Shown here in pieces: positions 18,266-27,013 of a DNA stretch of 49,172 nucleotides (positions are counted from its first letter, which is position 1; each line of letters starts with the position of its first letter). The stretch is from Candidatus Enterousia sp. (lineage in GTDB: Bacteria > Pseudomonadota > Alphaproteobacteria > Rs-D84): the NCBI GenBank assembly GCA_045651445.1, contig JAZRSI010000030.1:1-49172 (forward strand). Reading direction: 5' to 3'. The position numbers and the translations under genes were made by a program. The notes beneath the pieces were generated by a model. The model made no database searches and was not told the origin of the DNA. It saw only the letters and a list, made by a program, of their open reading frames with translations.

Positions 18266-18622
18266 TTATACTAATTTTGCCAGTGCAAGTTTGTTTAAGA
18301 AACCTTCTTCGATTGCGCTAAGTAATGAATTTATGCCTTCGTTTGTTTCGCCGTCATTTTGTAATTCTTCCAGATGGGAAATTATATTTTCGCACGATTT
18401 GACCAGGTCGCGGTTTATAAATTTAGGATTTAAGATATCTGATTTAAAGACTTTCTTGTTGTCTGTTGCCATAAAATATGTTTCGGCGATGGAATCTACC
18501 CAGGTATCAATGTCGGCGGTTAAACGATCAAATAGCAAGTGTTTAGAATATTCGTCTGTTGACCAATGATTAATTTTGCATGCGTATTTAAATGCAATTA
18601 AATGTTGTATTAATTCATACAT
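18266..18622 (-). CDS. hypothetical protein, 118 aa; possible ferritin/Dps-like helical bundle
   Basis: INHWSTDEYSKHLLFDRLTADIDTWVDSIAETYF resembles the Dps HW..G..F..LH...D.IAE pattern. The resemblance is weak and unverified. Confidence 0.45.
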   Translation of the reverse strand: MYELIQHLIAFKYACKINHWSTDEYSKHLLFDRLTADIDTWVDSIAETYFMATDNKKVFKSDILNPKFINRDLVKSCENIISHLEELQNDGETNEGINSLLSAIEEGFLNKLALAKLV

Positions 18623-18810
18623 ATTTTCTTCTCCTTTGGGTTATGTGTTAATAAATTTATCAGAACTTTGTTGTCTGTGTTACAGGACACTATTCAAGAC
18701 GCTATACGCAGGTTTTCCTGAGATTCCTAGGGATAGGTACCTGGCGAAAATGATAAAAAAATAAGTTAGAATTGCTTGTGTAACCATAAAGAAAAAAAAG
18801 GAGAAACTTT

Positions 18811-19368
18811 ATGAAAAACTTAACCAAAAAAATGTTAATGTTCGCATCCTTGTTAGGTGCAGTTGTTTTATTGGCAGGCTGTATGGGCTGTCCGGAAAAA
18901 CGTCATGTTAAACATCATAATAATATGGCACGTCGGGCGCAACCCGTTGAAGTTATTGAATCAGATACAATCGTTGTTTATCAAACTTATGAAGATGCAG
19001 ATGTAAATAGTGTTTATGCGAAAATGTACACCCGCAGCAGCCATGGTGGCGAATCAAAAATGGGCCATATCAAATTCCGTGATACAGACAATGGTTTAAA
19101 AATGGAAGTAGATTTAAAAGATTTAAGAGAAGGTGTTCCATATAATGTTCGTTTGTATAAATGCGGTTCTTGCCATAATGATGCAAAATGCTGTAATAAT
19201 TCACATGCAATGAATGTAAAATTGCCGATGCTTGAAACAGGTGTAAGTGGACGTTTGAAGCAGACTTACATGATTCAAGGGTTGTCTGCGGCACAACTAG
19301 ACGGTGCAAATATCTATCTGGAACGTGATGGTGGATATAAAGCCGGATGGGGTAAATTGGAAAAATAA
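18811..19368 (+). CDS. lipoprotein with degenerate Cu/Zn-superoxide-dismutase-like (SodC-like) domain lacking metal-ligand histidines
   Basis: Lipobox LLAGC. GHIKFRDTDNGLKMEVDLKDLREGVPYNVRLYKCGSC aligns to SodC G.V.F...G......L..L.PG.HGFHIHE.G.C, with YNVRLYK in place of HGFHIHA. Confidence 0.55.
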   Translation: MKNLTKKMLMFASLLGAVVLLAGCMGCPEKRHVKHHNNMARRAQPVEVIESDTIVVYQTYEDADVNSVYAKMYTRSSHGGESKMGHIKFRDTDNGLKMEVDLKDLREGVPYNVRLYKCGSCHNDAKCCNNSHAMNVKLPMLETGVSGRLKQTYMIQGLSAAQLDGANIYLERDGGYKAGWGKLEK

Positions 19369-19396
19369 TAATTGGTCTGATTGCATCTAAAAAAAT

Positions 19397-19417
19397 CCCG
19401 CAAATTGCGGGGTTTTT
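19397..19417 (+). terminator. rho-independent terminator
   Basis: cccgc, aaatt loop, gcggg, then g and ttttt. Confidence 0.7.
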
Positions 19418-19472
19418 ATTGTTATTGCATTAAGATTATTTTCCTGTAAGATATTCGTCAGGAAGGTTTTTG

Positions 19473-21005
19473 ATGAAAAAGATTTTTCAAATTATTTGTA
19501 TGTTTTTACTTGTAAATGTTATCGATTCGTTTGCGTGTGCGTATGCGGCGGTGAAAACCTTGACTTCTAATTGGGTGGTTGATTCTGGTACCAGGGTGGA
19601 TATGGACGCGGTATATGTAGATGAGTCCCTTGAAATAGAAAATAATGGTGTTTTAGATTCTGATATCTATGTTTGCGATAGGTGTTCTTTGTATGTGAAA
19701 AATACAGGTGTTATTAATTCTAGGTTTTATTTGGGTAACAAGGCCAAGATAATTCATGTAATTTCTGATGTAACAAATCTTAAGAAAGTTAATTTTGGTT
19801 CGGATTATACCGTTCTTGTTGAATCAGAAAATGCGATTGCGGGACGTGATGTTATGGATGTTGCCGCAGGTGCAAATAAAATCGTTCTTAGAAATTCTGT
19901 GTTGGATTTGTCTGGTGAAAATTATGCTGTTATGCCAGATGTTGAATTGCAGGGTGTTGTTAAATTAATTGTGGATAATATCGATTCGTCAAAAGATGTA
20001 TTGTTGTTACGTAATGTTTCTGGGGCGGGGACCGTTGTTGTGGCAGATGCAGATTCTAACCCGATGTTTTCAAGGACACTTTATTATAATGGTGCGGATT
20101 TGTATTTGGCTAGCAACAGGGAAACAGATTACAAGGATATTTTGGGACCACAAGAGGGTGATTTATTGGATGATTTGAACGGTACAAATTCTGATAATCC
20201 GCTATTTGATAAAATAGAATCGGCACAAAATAAAGAAGAATTAAACAAAGTATTAAATAAATCTGCGTTGTTTAATCAAGATATTGTGTTTGATATGTTG
20301 CGTATAGTTAATATGTTGGATGCAACAAGCGTTTATTCTGGAAATAATACTTCGTTTGGGCTTGTTCCGTATGGTGTTTTATCAGAAGACTTTTATTTGT
20401 ATGGCATTGGATTAAATTTATCCGGCGCGTTAAATGATAATTTAAATGTTAATCTTGGATTGCGTATTGCCAAAATGGATTACAAAGATAGTTTTAATGA
20501 TTTTTCTGGTGATTTATATGGTGCAAATATAACGCTGAATTATTTGGCTGATAGTGGAATGTTTGTTCGTGCAATGATGTCGGCAAATATGACAAATGTT
20601 GGGATTGATACAGTTATTTATGACGGTGATGTTATTAATAAACCACGTGTATTTTCTGGCTTTGTTTTATCAGATGTGGGATACAAGTTTATTTTAAACG
20701 ATTCGTTTTATATTGCGCCGTTTGTTGGTGCGTATGCCGATTTATACAAGGTTGAAAATACAAAAGAAACAAATTTATTCACAAGAATTGGTTTTGGCGC
20801 AGGTTATAATTTTGATGCCTTGGGAATTCATTATGATTATAATGCGCGTTTTGTCGTAAATGGTACAGATGGTTTTGGGATAAACTTACAGGTTGGCGCG
20901 TGGTCTGAAATGGATGCAATTGGGGCTGATGTTAATCTTACTGCGGCATATGTTGTAGATGTGTTGTCTTATGGTGCAATGGCAAATATAAAACTGTTGT
21001 TTTAA
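19473..21005 (+). CDS. autotransporter-like outer-membrane protein (short passenger + C-terminal beta-barrel)
   Basis: Signal peptide, then a repetitive N/V/D-rich passenger and a helical linker (NKEELNKVLNKSALFNQD). The roughly 250-aa C-terminal part has alternating beta-strands ending ANIKLLF. Confidence 0.65.
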   Translation: MKKIFQIICMFLLVNVIDSFACAYAAVKTLTSNWVVDSGTRVDMDAVYVDESLEIENNGVLDSDIYVCDRCSLYVKNTGVINSRFYLGNKAKIIHVISDVTNLKKVNFGSDYTVLVESENAIAGRDVMDVAAGANKIVLRNSVLDLSGENYAVMPDVELQGVVKLIVDNIDSSKDVLLLRNVSGAGTVVVADADSNPMFSRTLYYNGADLYLASNRETDYKDILGPQEGDLLDDLNGTNSDNPLFDKIESAQNKEELNKVLNKSALFNQDIVFDMLRIVNMLDATSVYSGNNTSFGLVPYGVLSEDFYLYGIGLNLSGALNDNLNVNLGLRIAKMDYKDSFNDFSGDLYGANITLNYLADSGMFVRAMMSANMTNVGIDTVIYDGDVINKPRVFSGFVLSDVGYKFILNDSFYIAPFVGAYADLYKVENTKETNLFTRIGFGAGYNFDALGIHYDYNARFVVNGTDGFGINLQVGAWSEMDAIGADVNLTAAYVVDVLSYGAMANIKLLF

Positions 21006-21013
21006 TACGTTTT

Positions 21014-22312
21014 TTATTCCGCAAATTTTCCACGCAAGGATGCCTTGTTTGCAGCTGTGATTTTTATTTGTGCCAATTCTGGGGCGTTATCTAATGCCGG
21101 AACAATGCATTGTTGCATAAATGGGGTGCGGTATATCAAATGACGGCCTGTTTTATCCGAACCTTCGAGTAAGCAGTTAAATGTTTTGTCTATGCACGAT
21201 TCGTTAAATTCACGCTGTATTTCGTTTAGATATGTGTCCAGTTTTGCCAAACGTTCTGATTTTATGTTTTCTGGAATTTGGTCTGGCATAATTGCCGCAG
21301 CTGTATGTGGACGCGGTGAATATTTGAACGAATAAGAATTGATGTATTTTATTTGCTGTGCAATTTTCATAGTCTGTTCAAAATCCGAATCTGTTTCACC
21401 AGGGAATCCAACAATAAAATCAGACGATATTTGAATGTCAGGACGTGCAATTCTTAATTTATTTATTATGTCGCAATATAATTCCAAAGAATATGGACGA
21501 TTCATCCTTTTTAATACATTTTGAGAACCGCTTTGAATTGGCATGTTCAAAAATGGTAATAATTTTGGTTCGGTTCTGAACATGTCTATCAAGTCATCGG
21601 TCATTTCTGTTGGATAGCTGGAAGTAAAGCGTATACGCATGATTTCCGGGATTTTTGCTGTTTCGCGTATTAAATCTGATAAACGATATTCTGTGCCGTT
21701 TTCATCAATATATTTGTATCCATTTACATTTTGACCCAAGAAACAAATTTCAATTGCACCCGTTTTGGCGGCATGAATTGTGTCGCGCATACATGCATCA
21801 AATGGGCGCGATAATTCACGACCGCGTGTGTATGGAACAATGCAATATGTGCAACAGTGGTTACAGCCTTCTTGGATTGGAATATAGGCGATGCGTGGGC
21901 TACGTTCCATTTGGGGCAGGGAATCAAATTTTTCCAAACCGCCTAAATCAATGTTTAGCAATTTCGAATCAGGATTGTCGATTATTTCTGGTAATTTATG
22001 ATAACTTTGTGGACCCAATACAAAATTTAAGTCGGGGATTCTGCGAAACGCAGTTGTACCAGCTTCGCGTGCAACGCAACCGACAATGCCGAATAGGGCA
22101 GATGGCTTTTTTGCGCGTCTGATGCGTCCCAATGCTGAAAAAACTTTATCTGTTGCCTTGGCACGGACTGCACAGGTGTTTAATATTATTATATCTGCAT
22201 CAGAAACGTTTTGGGTTTGAATCATGCCACGGTGTGTTAACATCGCAGCAATTCGCCATCCGTCATAGACGTTCATTTGACAGCCAAAGGTTTGAATAAA
22301 GAATTTTTTCAT
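21014..22312 (-). CDS. miaB: tRNA-2-methylthio-N6-dimethylallyladenosine synthase MiaB
   Basis: N-terminal FGCQMNVYD, radical-SAM CNHCCTYC and a TRAM-like C-terminus. Confidence 0.9.
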   Translation of the reverse strand: MKKFFIQTFGCQMNVYDGWRIAAMLTHRGMIQTQNVSDADIIILNTCAVRAKATDKVFSALGRIRRAKKPSALFGIVGCVAREAGTTAFRRIPDLNFVLGPQSYHKLPEIIDNPDSKLLNIDLGGLEKFDSLPQMERSPRIAYIPIQEGCNHCCTYCIVPYTRGRELSRPFDACMRDTIHAAKTGAIEICFLGQNVNGYKYIDENGTEYRLSDLIRETAKIPEIMRIRFTSSYPTEMTDDLIDMFRTEPKLLPFLNMPIQSGSQNVLKRMNRPYSLELYCDIINKLRIARPDIQISSDFIVGFPGETDSDFEQTMKIAQQIKYINSYSFKYSPRPHTAAAIMPDQIPENIKSERLAKLDTYLNEIQREFNESCIDKTFNCLLEGSDKTGRHLIYRTPFMQQCIVPALDNAPELAQIKITAANKASLRGKFAE

Positions 22313-22313
22313 T

Positions 22314-22484
22314 TTATTTATGTTTTGTTCTGTTGTTTCGCGTGTTTTGTCTTAGCGCCTGTTTTGTGGCGTTAAATGCACGTTTGCAATGAAAATCGCG
22401 ATTGCGTTGTTCGCGTTTTGCAATTTCTTTTAGTGCGTTTAGGCGCGCTTCTTCGCGTAGAAAATGAATTAAACTGTTATACAC
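22314..22484 (-). CDS. possible small basic protein, 56 aa, GTG start (uncertain)
   Basis: Open frame VYNSLIHFLREEARLNALKEIAKREQRNRDFHCKRAFNATKQALRQNTRNNRTKHK. Its stop is 1 nt from the miaB ATG. There is no ATG and no clear SD. Confidence 0.3.
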   Translation of the reverse strand: MYNSLIHFLREEARLNALKEIAKREQRNRDFHCKRAFNATKQALRQNTRNNRTKHK

Positions 22485-22486
22485 TT

Positions 22487-22624
22487 TTATCTTTGTTTTT
22501 CATTCATTTTATTTAGTTGTACCATTAGAACTTTCTTGATGCCGTACTTTACGCCTGTAATAGGATTGTTTTCAACGATAGCGATGATATCAATTGTTGG
22601 TGTTTTATTTTGTTTCTTTGACAT
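22487..22624 (-). CDS. small protein, 45 aa (below ORF-track cut-off)
   Basis: ATG 22624 lies 6 nt downstream of an AAGGGGA SD directly after the gatB stop. Translation: MSKKQNKTPTIDIIAIVENNPITGVKYGIKKVLMVQLNKMNEKQR. Confidence 0.45.
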   Translation of the reverse strand: MSKKQNKTPTIDIIAIVENNPITGVKYGIKKVLMVQLNKMNEKQR

Positions 22625-22640
22625 GTTTGTTCCCCTTTTT

Positions 22641-24161
22641 TTAAGCTAATTTTTTGCGTAGAATTTCGTTCACGGCCGCTGGATTTGCCTTGCCGCCTGT
22701 GGCCTTCATAACATTGCCAACAAAGAACCCAAGTAATCCAACCTTGCCAGATTTATATTGTTCAACCTGTGATGGGTTGGCGGCGATAACATTGTCCACA
22801 GCCGATTCGATTGCAGCGGTATCTGTAATTTGTTTCATGCCATATTTGTCTGCAATTTCATGTGGTGTGCCAGATTCGCCATCCAGCATTTTAATAAAGA
22901 TTTCTTTGGCTTGTTTTCCGTTAATTTCATTTGCGGCAATCATATCGACCAATTCTGATAAATCAGATGGTGTTATTATGCGCATTTCGTCCACAATGCC
23001 TGATTTTTCATTTTTGACATCCCAATTTTCTGGGTGTGCAAACAATTCGCTTATCATCCAGTTGGCGATTGATTTTGCACGTTTGTCATTACCATTTACC
23101 GCGGTGTCGAACCAACGTGATACGTCTGTCGATTCGGTAAGACGGGCAGCGTCGTATTCAGACAGCCCGAAATCGTGCGTATAGCGCGCACGGGTTGCAG
23201 ATGGTAATTCGGGCATAGTGCTGCGGATGCGTTCGATTGTTTCGTCGGAAATTTCCAGTGGTAATAAATCTGGGTCTGGGAAATAACGATAATCCAATGC
23301 GTTTTCTTTGCTGCGCATTACGGATGTTGTTCCTTCGCCTTGATGGTAACGCATTGTATCTTGTGAAACTGTGCCGCCGTTTTCGTAGATTTCAATTTGA
23401 CGACGCGCTTCGTATTCAATGGCGGATTTAATAAATTTAAATGAAACCATATTTTTTGTTTCTGTGCGTGTGCGAAATTCTGTTGAACCCACAGGGCGAA
23501 CGGAAACATTTACGTCCGCGCGCATGGAACCTTCTTCCATGTTGGCTTTGGATACGCCAAGTGCGCGTGCGATTTCGCGGATTTCACGCAGGTAACGTTC
23601 GGCTTCGTCCGGGGATGAAATATAAGAATTATTTTCAGGATTTTTTGTATCCAGGAAAGTTACAATTTCTAATAAGGCAACACCTGTACGGTTATAGTCT
23701 GCAAAGGATTTGTTTGGGTGTACATCGTGTTTTAATTTTCCGGCATCTTGTTCCAAGTGTGCGCGTTCAATAAATATTTTCTTGGGTTTCCCATCGTCGC
23801 CCATGATTTCAATCCAACCACGGCCAACAATTGGCGCTTCGTCTGCGGGTTGTGATATCTGATATCCCTGGGGCAGGTCAGGGTAAAAATATTGTTTGCG
23901 GGCAAAACGGCTTACGCGTGATATTTCTGCGTTTATGCCAAGACCGAATTTAATAACCTGTTCAACGCAGAATTTGTTTAATACAGGTAACATTCCAGGC
24001 ATTCCTACATCAATCATTGAAACCTGGGTGTTTGGTGAAACACTTGGGTTATAGTCGGCAGATGCGCCACTAAATACCTTGGAATTAGACAAGACTTGGA
24101 TGTGTGTTTCCAATCCAATTACCAATTCCCAATCACATGTTTTGCCTTTTATTGTAAACAT
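22641..24161 (-). CDS. gatB: Asp-tRNA(Asn)/Glu-tRNA(Gln) amidotransferase subunit B
   Basis: Full-length GatB pattern (WELVIGLETHIQL-type N-terminus, YFYPDLPQGYQISQ, C-terminal YqeY-like domain). Confidence 0.95.
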   Translation of the reverse strand: MFTIKGKTCDWELVIGLETHIQVLSNSKVFSGASADYNPSVSPNTQVSMIDVGMPGMLPVLNKFCVEQVIKFGLGINAEISRVSRFARKQYFYPDLPQGYQISQPADEAPIVGRGWIEIMGDDGKPKKIFIERAHLEQDAGKLKHDVHPNKSFADYNRTGVALLEIVTFLDTKNPENNSYISSPDEAERYLREIREIARALGVSKANMEEGSMRADVNVSVRPVGSTEFRTRTETKNMVSFKFIKSAIEYEARRQIEIYENGGTVSQDTMRYHQGEGTTSVMRSKENALDYRYFPDPDLLPLEISDETIERIRSTMPELPSATRARYTHDFGLSEYDAARLTESTDVSRWFDTAVNGNDKRAKSIANWMISELFAHPENWDVKNEKSGIVDEMRIITPSDLSELVDMIAANEINGKQAKEIFIKMLDGESGTPHEIADKYGMKQITDTAAIESAVDNVIAANPSQVEQYKSGKVGLLGFFVGNVMKATGGKANPAAVNEILRKKLA

Positions 24162-24217
24162 TTTTTCTTTTTCCCTTGCTTTTTTGTTTTTTGTATCTTA
24201 TTATCTGTTCCGCAGTC

Positions 24218-24293
24218 GGCTAGGTAGCTCAGTTGGTAGAGCAAGGGACTGAAAATCCCTGTGTCGGCGGTTCGATTCCGTCCCTAGCCACCA
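24218..24293 (+). tRNA. tRNA-Phe (anticodon GAA), CCA encoded
   Basis: 76-nt cloverleaf: acceptor ggctagg/cctagcc, anticodon arm aggga-CTGAAAA-tccct, T arm ggcgg-ttcgatt-ccgtc, then ACCA. Confidence 0.95.
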
Positions 24294-24305
24294 TCTCCTT
24301 TCTTT

Positions 24306-24328
24306 CGACCGTTGCGGTCGTTTTTTTT
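24306..24328 (+). terminator. rho-independent terminator of tRNA-Phe
   Basis: cgaccg, ttg loop, cggtcg, followed by a T8 run. Confidence 0.8.
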
Positions 24329-24363
24329 ATTGTCAAAGGAAATGGTATTGTTTTTCATATTTT

Positions 24364-25830
24364 TTATTTGCCCATAATTATTGTTGGACGGTTGTCAACA
24401 GATGCCGCGATTTCGATATGTTTTGCCAATTGTAAAACGCGCATATCGTCAAAACGGCGACCTACGACCTGGATTCCCAATGGTAAATTGTTTTGTGCCA
24501 ATCCACATGGAACACTACACGCAGGAACGCCAGCCAAATTCATTGCGACTGTGAATAAGTCAAGCGCGTAATATTCAAGTGGGCTTAAATCAGAATCCAA
24601 CGGCATTGCGGTTCCGGCGCTTGATGGGCAGATTATCAAATCGCATTGTTCAAATGCAGAATTAAAGCTGTCCGCAATCATGCGACGAACGCGTGCCGCC
24701 TGCATAAAATATACGTCATAGGATTCGCTTGATAAAACTGCCGTGCCAATAATCATACGACGTTTTACTTCGTCGCCAAAGCCAGCGGCGCGCGATTTCT
24801 TAAATGTGTCATAGATATCGCTGCCTTCGACGCGTACACCGTAACGCATGCCATCATATCGGGCAAGGTTTGATGATGCCTCTGCCGGGGCGATGATGTA
24901 ATAAGCGGCCAACGCGTCCAAGATATTTGGTATGGATACTTCGACAATTTCTGCGCCTATTGATTTTAAGTCTGCAATACGTTTTTCAAATAATGTTTTC
25001 ATATCTTGGGATATTTCAACGTCTGCAAATTCTTTGATAACACCAACGCGTAATTTTTTCCCATCGCCCAAGATTGGTTCAAGTGGTGTAACGCATGTAA
25101 AACCATTTGTGGCACTGGTTGAATCTTTTGCATCGTGGCCAGCCATTGCGGATAACATTAATGCCGCATCGTCAACAGTACGTGTGATTGGGCCCGGTGT
25201 GTCCAATGAAGAAGCAAACGCAATACAGCCCCAACGTGAACATAAACCGTATGTGGGCTTCATACCGACCAGTCCCGTAATCGCGGCCGGAAAACGAATC
25301 GAGCCACCCGTATCTGTGCCTGTGGCGGCAATCGCCAGGCCCGATGCAACAGACGAAGAAGAACCACCCGAAGAACCGCCTGCGGTTAATTTGCGTTCCA
25401 TTTGCCATGGATTAATTGGTGCGCCAAAATAACTTGTTTTGCTGAACGTTCCCATTGCGTATTCGTCCAAGTTCGCTTTGCCTAATAAAACTGTACCAGC
25501 ATCAATTAATTTTTGTGAAACGGTTGATTCGTATTCTGGAACAAAATTTTCCAACATACGTGATGCCGCCGTTGTGCGAATCGTGCGTGTGCAGAATAAA
25601 TCCTTCATCGCGATTGGGGCGCCATCCAAGAATTTTGCATCGCCTGCGGCGCGACGTGCATCAGATGCGGCTGCATCCATCATTGCGCGTTCAGGGGTTG
25701 TTGTGATATAGCAATTTAAATCTGTGCCATATTTTTCAATGCGATCCAGATACGCGCGTGTTAATTCAACCGCGGAAATTTCACGATTGTTTAGTTTCTG
25801 TAATGCTTCGGTTAATGTTAGGTTTATCAT
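24364..25830 (-). CDS. gatA: Glu-tRNA(Gln) amidotransferase subunit A
   Basis: Amidase signature GGSSGGSSSSVASG and full-length GatA. Confidence 0.95.
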   Translation of the reverse strand: MINLTLTEALQKLNNREISAVELTRAYLDRIEKYGTDLNCYITTTPERAMMDAAASDARRAAGDAKFLDGAPIAMKDLFCTRTIRTTAASRMLENFVPEYESTVSQKLIDAGTVLLGKANLDEYAMGTFSKTSYFGAPINPWQMERKLTAGGSSGGSSSSVASGLAIAATGTDTGGSIRFPAAITGLVGMKPTYGLCSRWGCIAFASSLDTPGPITRTVDDAALMLSAMAGHDAKDSTSATNGFTCVTPLEPILGDGKKLRVGVIKEFADVEISQDMKTLFEKRIADLKSIGAEIVEVSIPNILDALAAYYIIAPAEASSNLARYDGMRYGVRVEGSDIYDTFKKSRAAGFGDEVKRRMIIGTAVLSSESYDVYFMQAARVRRMIADSFNSAFEQCDLIICPSSAGTAMPLDSDLSPLEYYALDLFTVAMNLAGVPACSVPCGLAQNNLPLGIQVVGRRFDDMRVLQLAKHIEIAASVDNRPTIIMGK

Positions 25831-25831
25831 C

Positions 25832-26233
25832 TTATTCGCTTTTTTGTTTGTTTTTTTCTTGGATTACCTTGATTTGAATTTCTTTAATTTGGTTGCGTTC
25901 CAGTTCTGCTAGCAATGCATTAATTGCTTTGTTATATTCATTAATCTTAGAACGTATTTGTACGTTGCGTTCGATTAATTCTTGTTTCTTTAATTCCAAA
26001 TTAATGGTATCGATTTGTGCAAAATTTGTTTGATATAATTCATCAATTTTTGTTTTTATTTCTTGGTATGAAACGCGGCCAAGTGTGCGAAAGAGTCTGC
26101 AAAAACGATGTTCGTCAAATTTATGAAATAATTCAAGTAATTCTTCGATGGTATAGACGTCGCCCCGTTTTAATGCGTTTGCTGTGCGGGTTGAAAGTCC
26201 AAGAAGATCAATACTGTTGTTTTTTTCTTTCAT
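25832..26233 (-). CDS. hypothetical protein with RNA polymerase alpha-subunit C-terminal-domain-like helix-hairpin-helix + coiled-coil tail
   Basis: IDLLGLSTRTANALKRGDVYTIEELLE...LGRVSYQEIKTKI matches the alpha-CTD pattern L.LSVRS.NCLK...I.TI.DL...L....N.G.KS..EIK. The C-terminal ~60 aa are K/E/Q/I-rich. The stop is 1 nt from the gatA ATG. Confidence 0.55.
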   Translation of the reverse strand: MKEKNNSIDLLGLSTRTANALKRGDVYTIEELLELFHKFDEHRFCRLFRTLGRVSYQEIKTKIDELYQTNFAQIDTINLELKKQELIERNVQIRSKINEYNKAINALLAELERNQIKEIQIKVIQEKNKQKSE

Positions 26234-26245
26234 GTGGTTGTGTCC

Positions 26246-26677
26246 TTATTTCTGTTTTTCCTTTGCGTAATGCTGGGGGAACAAAACAGCGCCCAATGTA
26301 TTGCGAATGAATTCGTCGCAGCATTTGCCGTTTTTCAAATTGCGCGCACAATGTTTTATTTTTGCTATTTCGTTCAATTGGCGGGTTATATTTCCACACT
26401 GTGGGTTGTTATCAAGCCAAAACATTTGGCTAAGGTCTAATGATTTGTAACGACGTTGATGCCATGCCGTTCGTCCAAAGCGAACAGTATCATTGTATTC
26501 AGCAGACAAGCAGTAGATGCACGCATTTGGTTTTGCTTTTTCTGTGCTGAACGCTTTCATGATTTTTTGCAATTCTGTGAACGATATGTTGCCCAGTTTT
26601 GCAATAACGTCGGGGTGTTCAGAATATGGTTCGTATGCGACAAAATTGACCGGGATGTCTTTTTTGTTGTTTGTCAT
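26246..26677 (-). CDS. hypothetical Cys-rich protein, 143 aa
   Basis: ATG 26677 lies 1 nt after the gatC stop (the track ORF extends to 26734 inside gatC). Cys clusters CIYC, QCGN and HCARNLKNGKCC. I recognise no family. Confidence 0.6.
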   Translation of the reverse strand: MTNNKKDIPVNFVAYEPYSEHPDVIAKLGNISFTELQKIMKAFSTEKAKPNACIYCLSAEYNDTVRFGRTAWHQRRYKSLDLSQMFWLDNNPQCGNITRQLNEIAKIKHCARNLKNGKCCDEFIRNTLGAVLFPQHYAKEKQK

Positions 26678-26678
26678 T

Positions 26679-26981
26679 TTATTCACCGTCCATAACCTTG
26701 GGTACTGCGAAATAGCCGCGTGATGTGCCGGCATTGTCAGGTGTGTTCGCCAAAACCAAATCGCGAATGTTACCGTCTGTTACAATGTCTTCGCGTTGGG
26801 GTAATTTATGTTCCGATGGGTTTAACATTGGTGTTACACCGGTTGTGTCGATTTTCTGTAATTTATCCAGCCATTCAATAACGGAATCAATGTTCATTTG
26901 TTCCAGTTTTTCAGGTGCGATTTCGATTTGAATTAAATCTGCAAATTTTTGTAATTGTTGCTTGCTAAATGCCATTTTCAA
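26679..26981 (-). CDS. gatC: Glu-tRNA(Gln) amidotransferase subunit C
   Basis: GatC pattern (LADLIQIEI..., MLNP...REDIV..., YFAVPKV). Confidence 0.9.
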   Translation of the reverse strand: MKMAFSKQQLQKFADLIQIEIAPEKLEQMNIDSVIEWLDKLQKIDTTGVTPMLNPSEHKLPQREDIVTDGNIRDLVLANTPDNAGTSRGYFAVPKVMDGE

Positions 26982-27013
26982 TCCTATTATTTATTTGTAA
27001 AGGGAATTATACT

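Noticed and set aside
18709-18746. ctgaga ... acctgg motif upstream of the SodC-like gene, superficially like a TPP riboswitch core
   Set aside because: It is too short and lacks the remaining THI-box helices and conserved bases. The downstream gene is unrelated to thiamine.
24233-24571. 112-aa + strand ORF
   Set aside because: It starts inside tRNA-Phe and runs through the terminator into the antisense strand of gatA. It is not a plausible gene.
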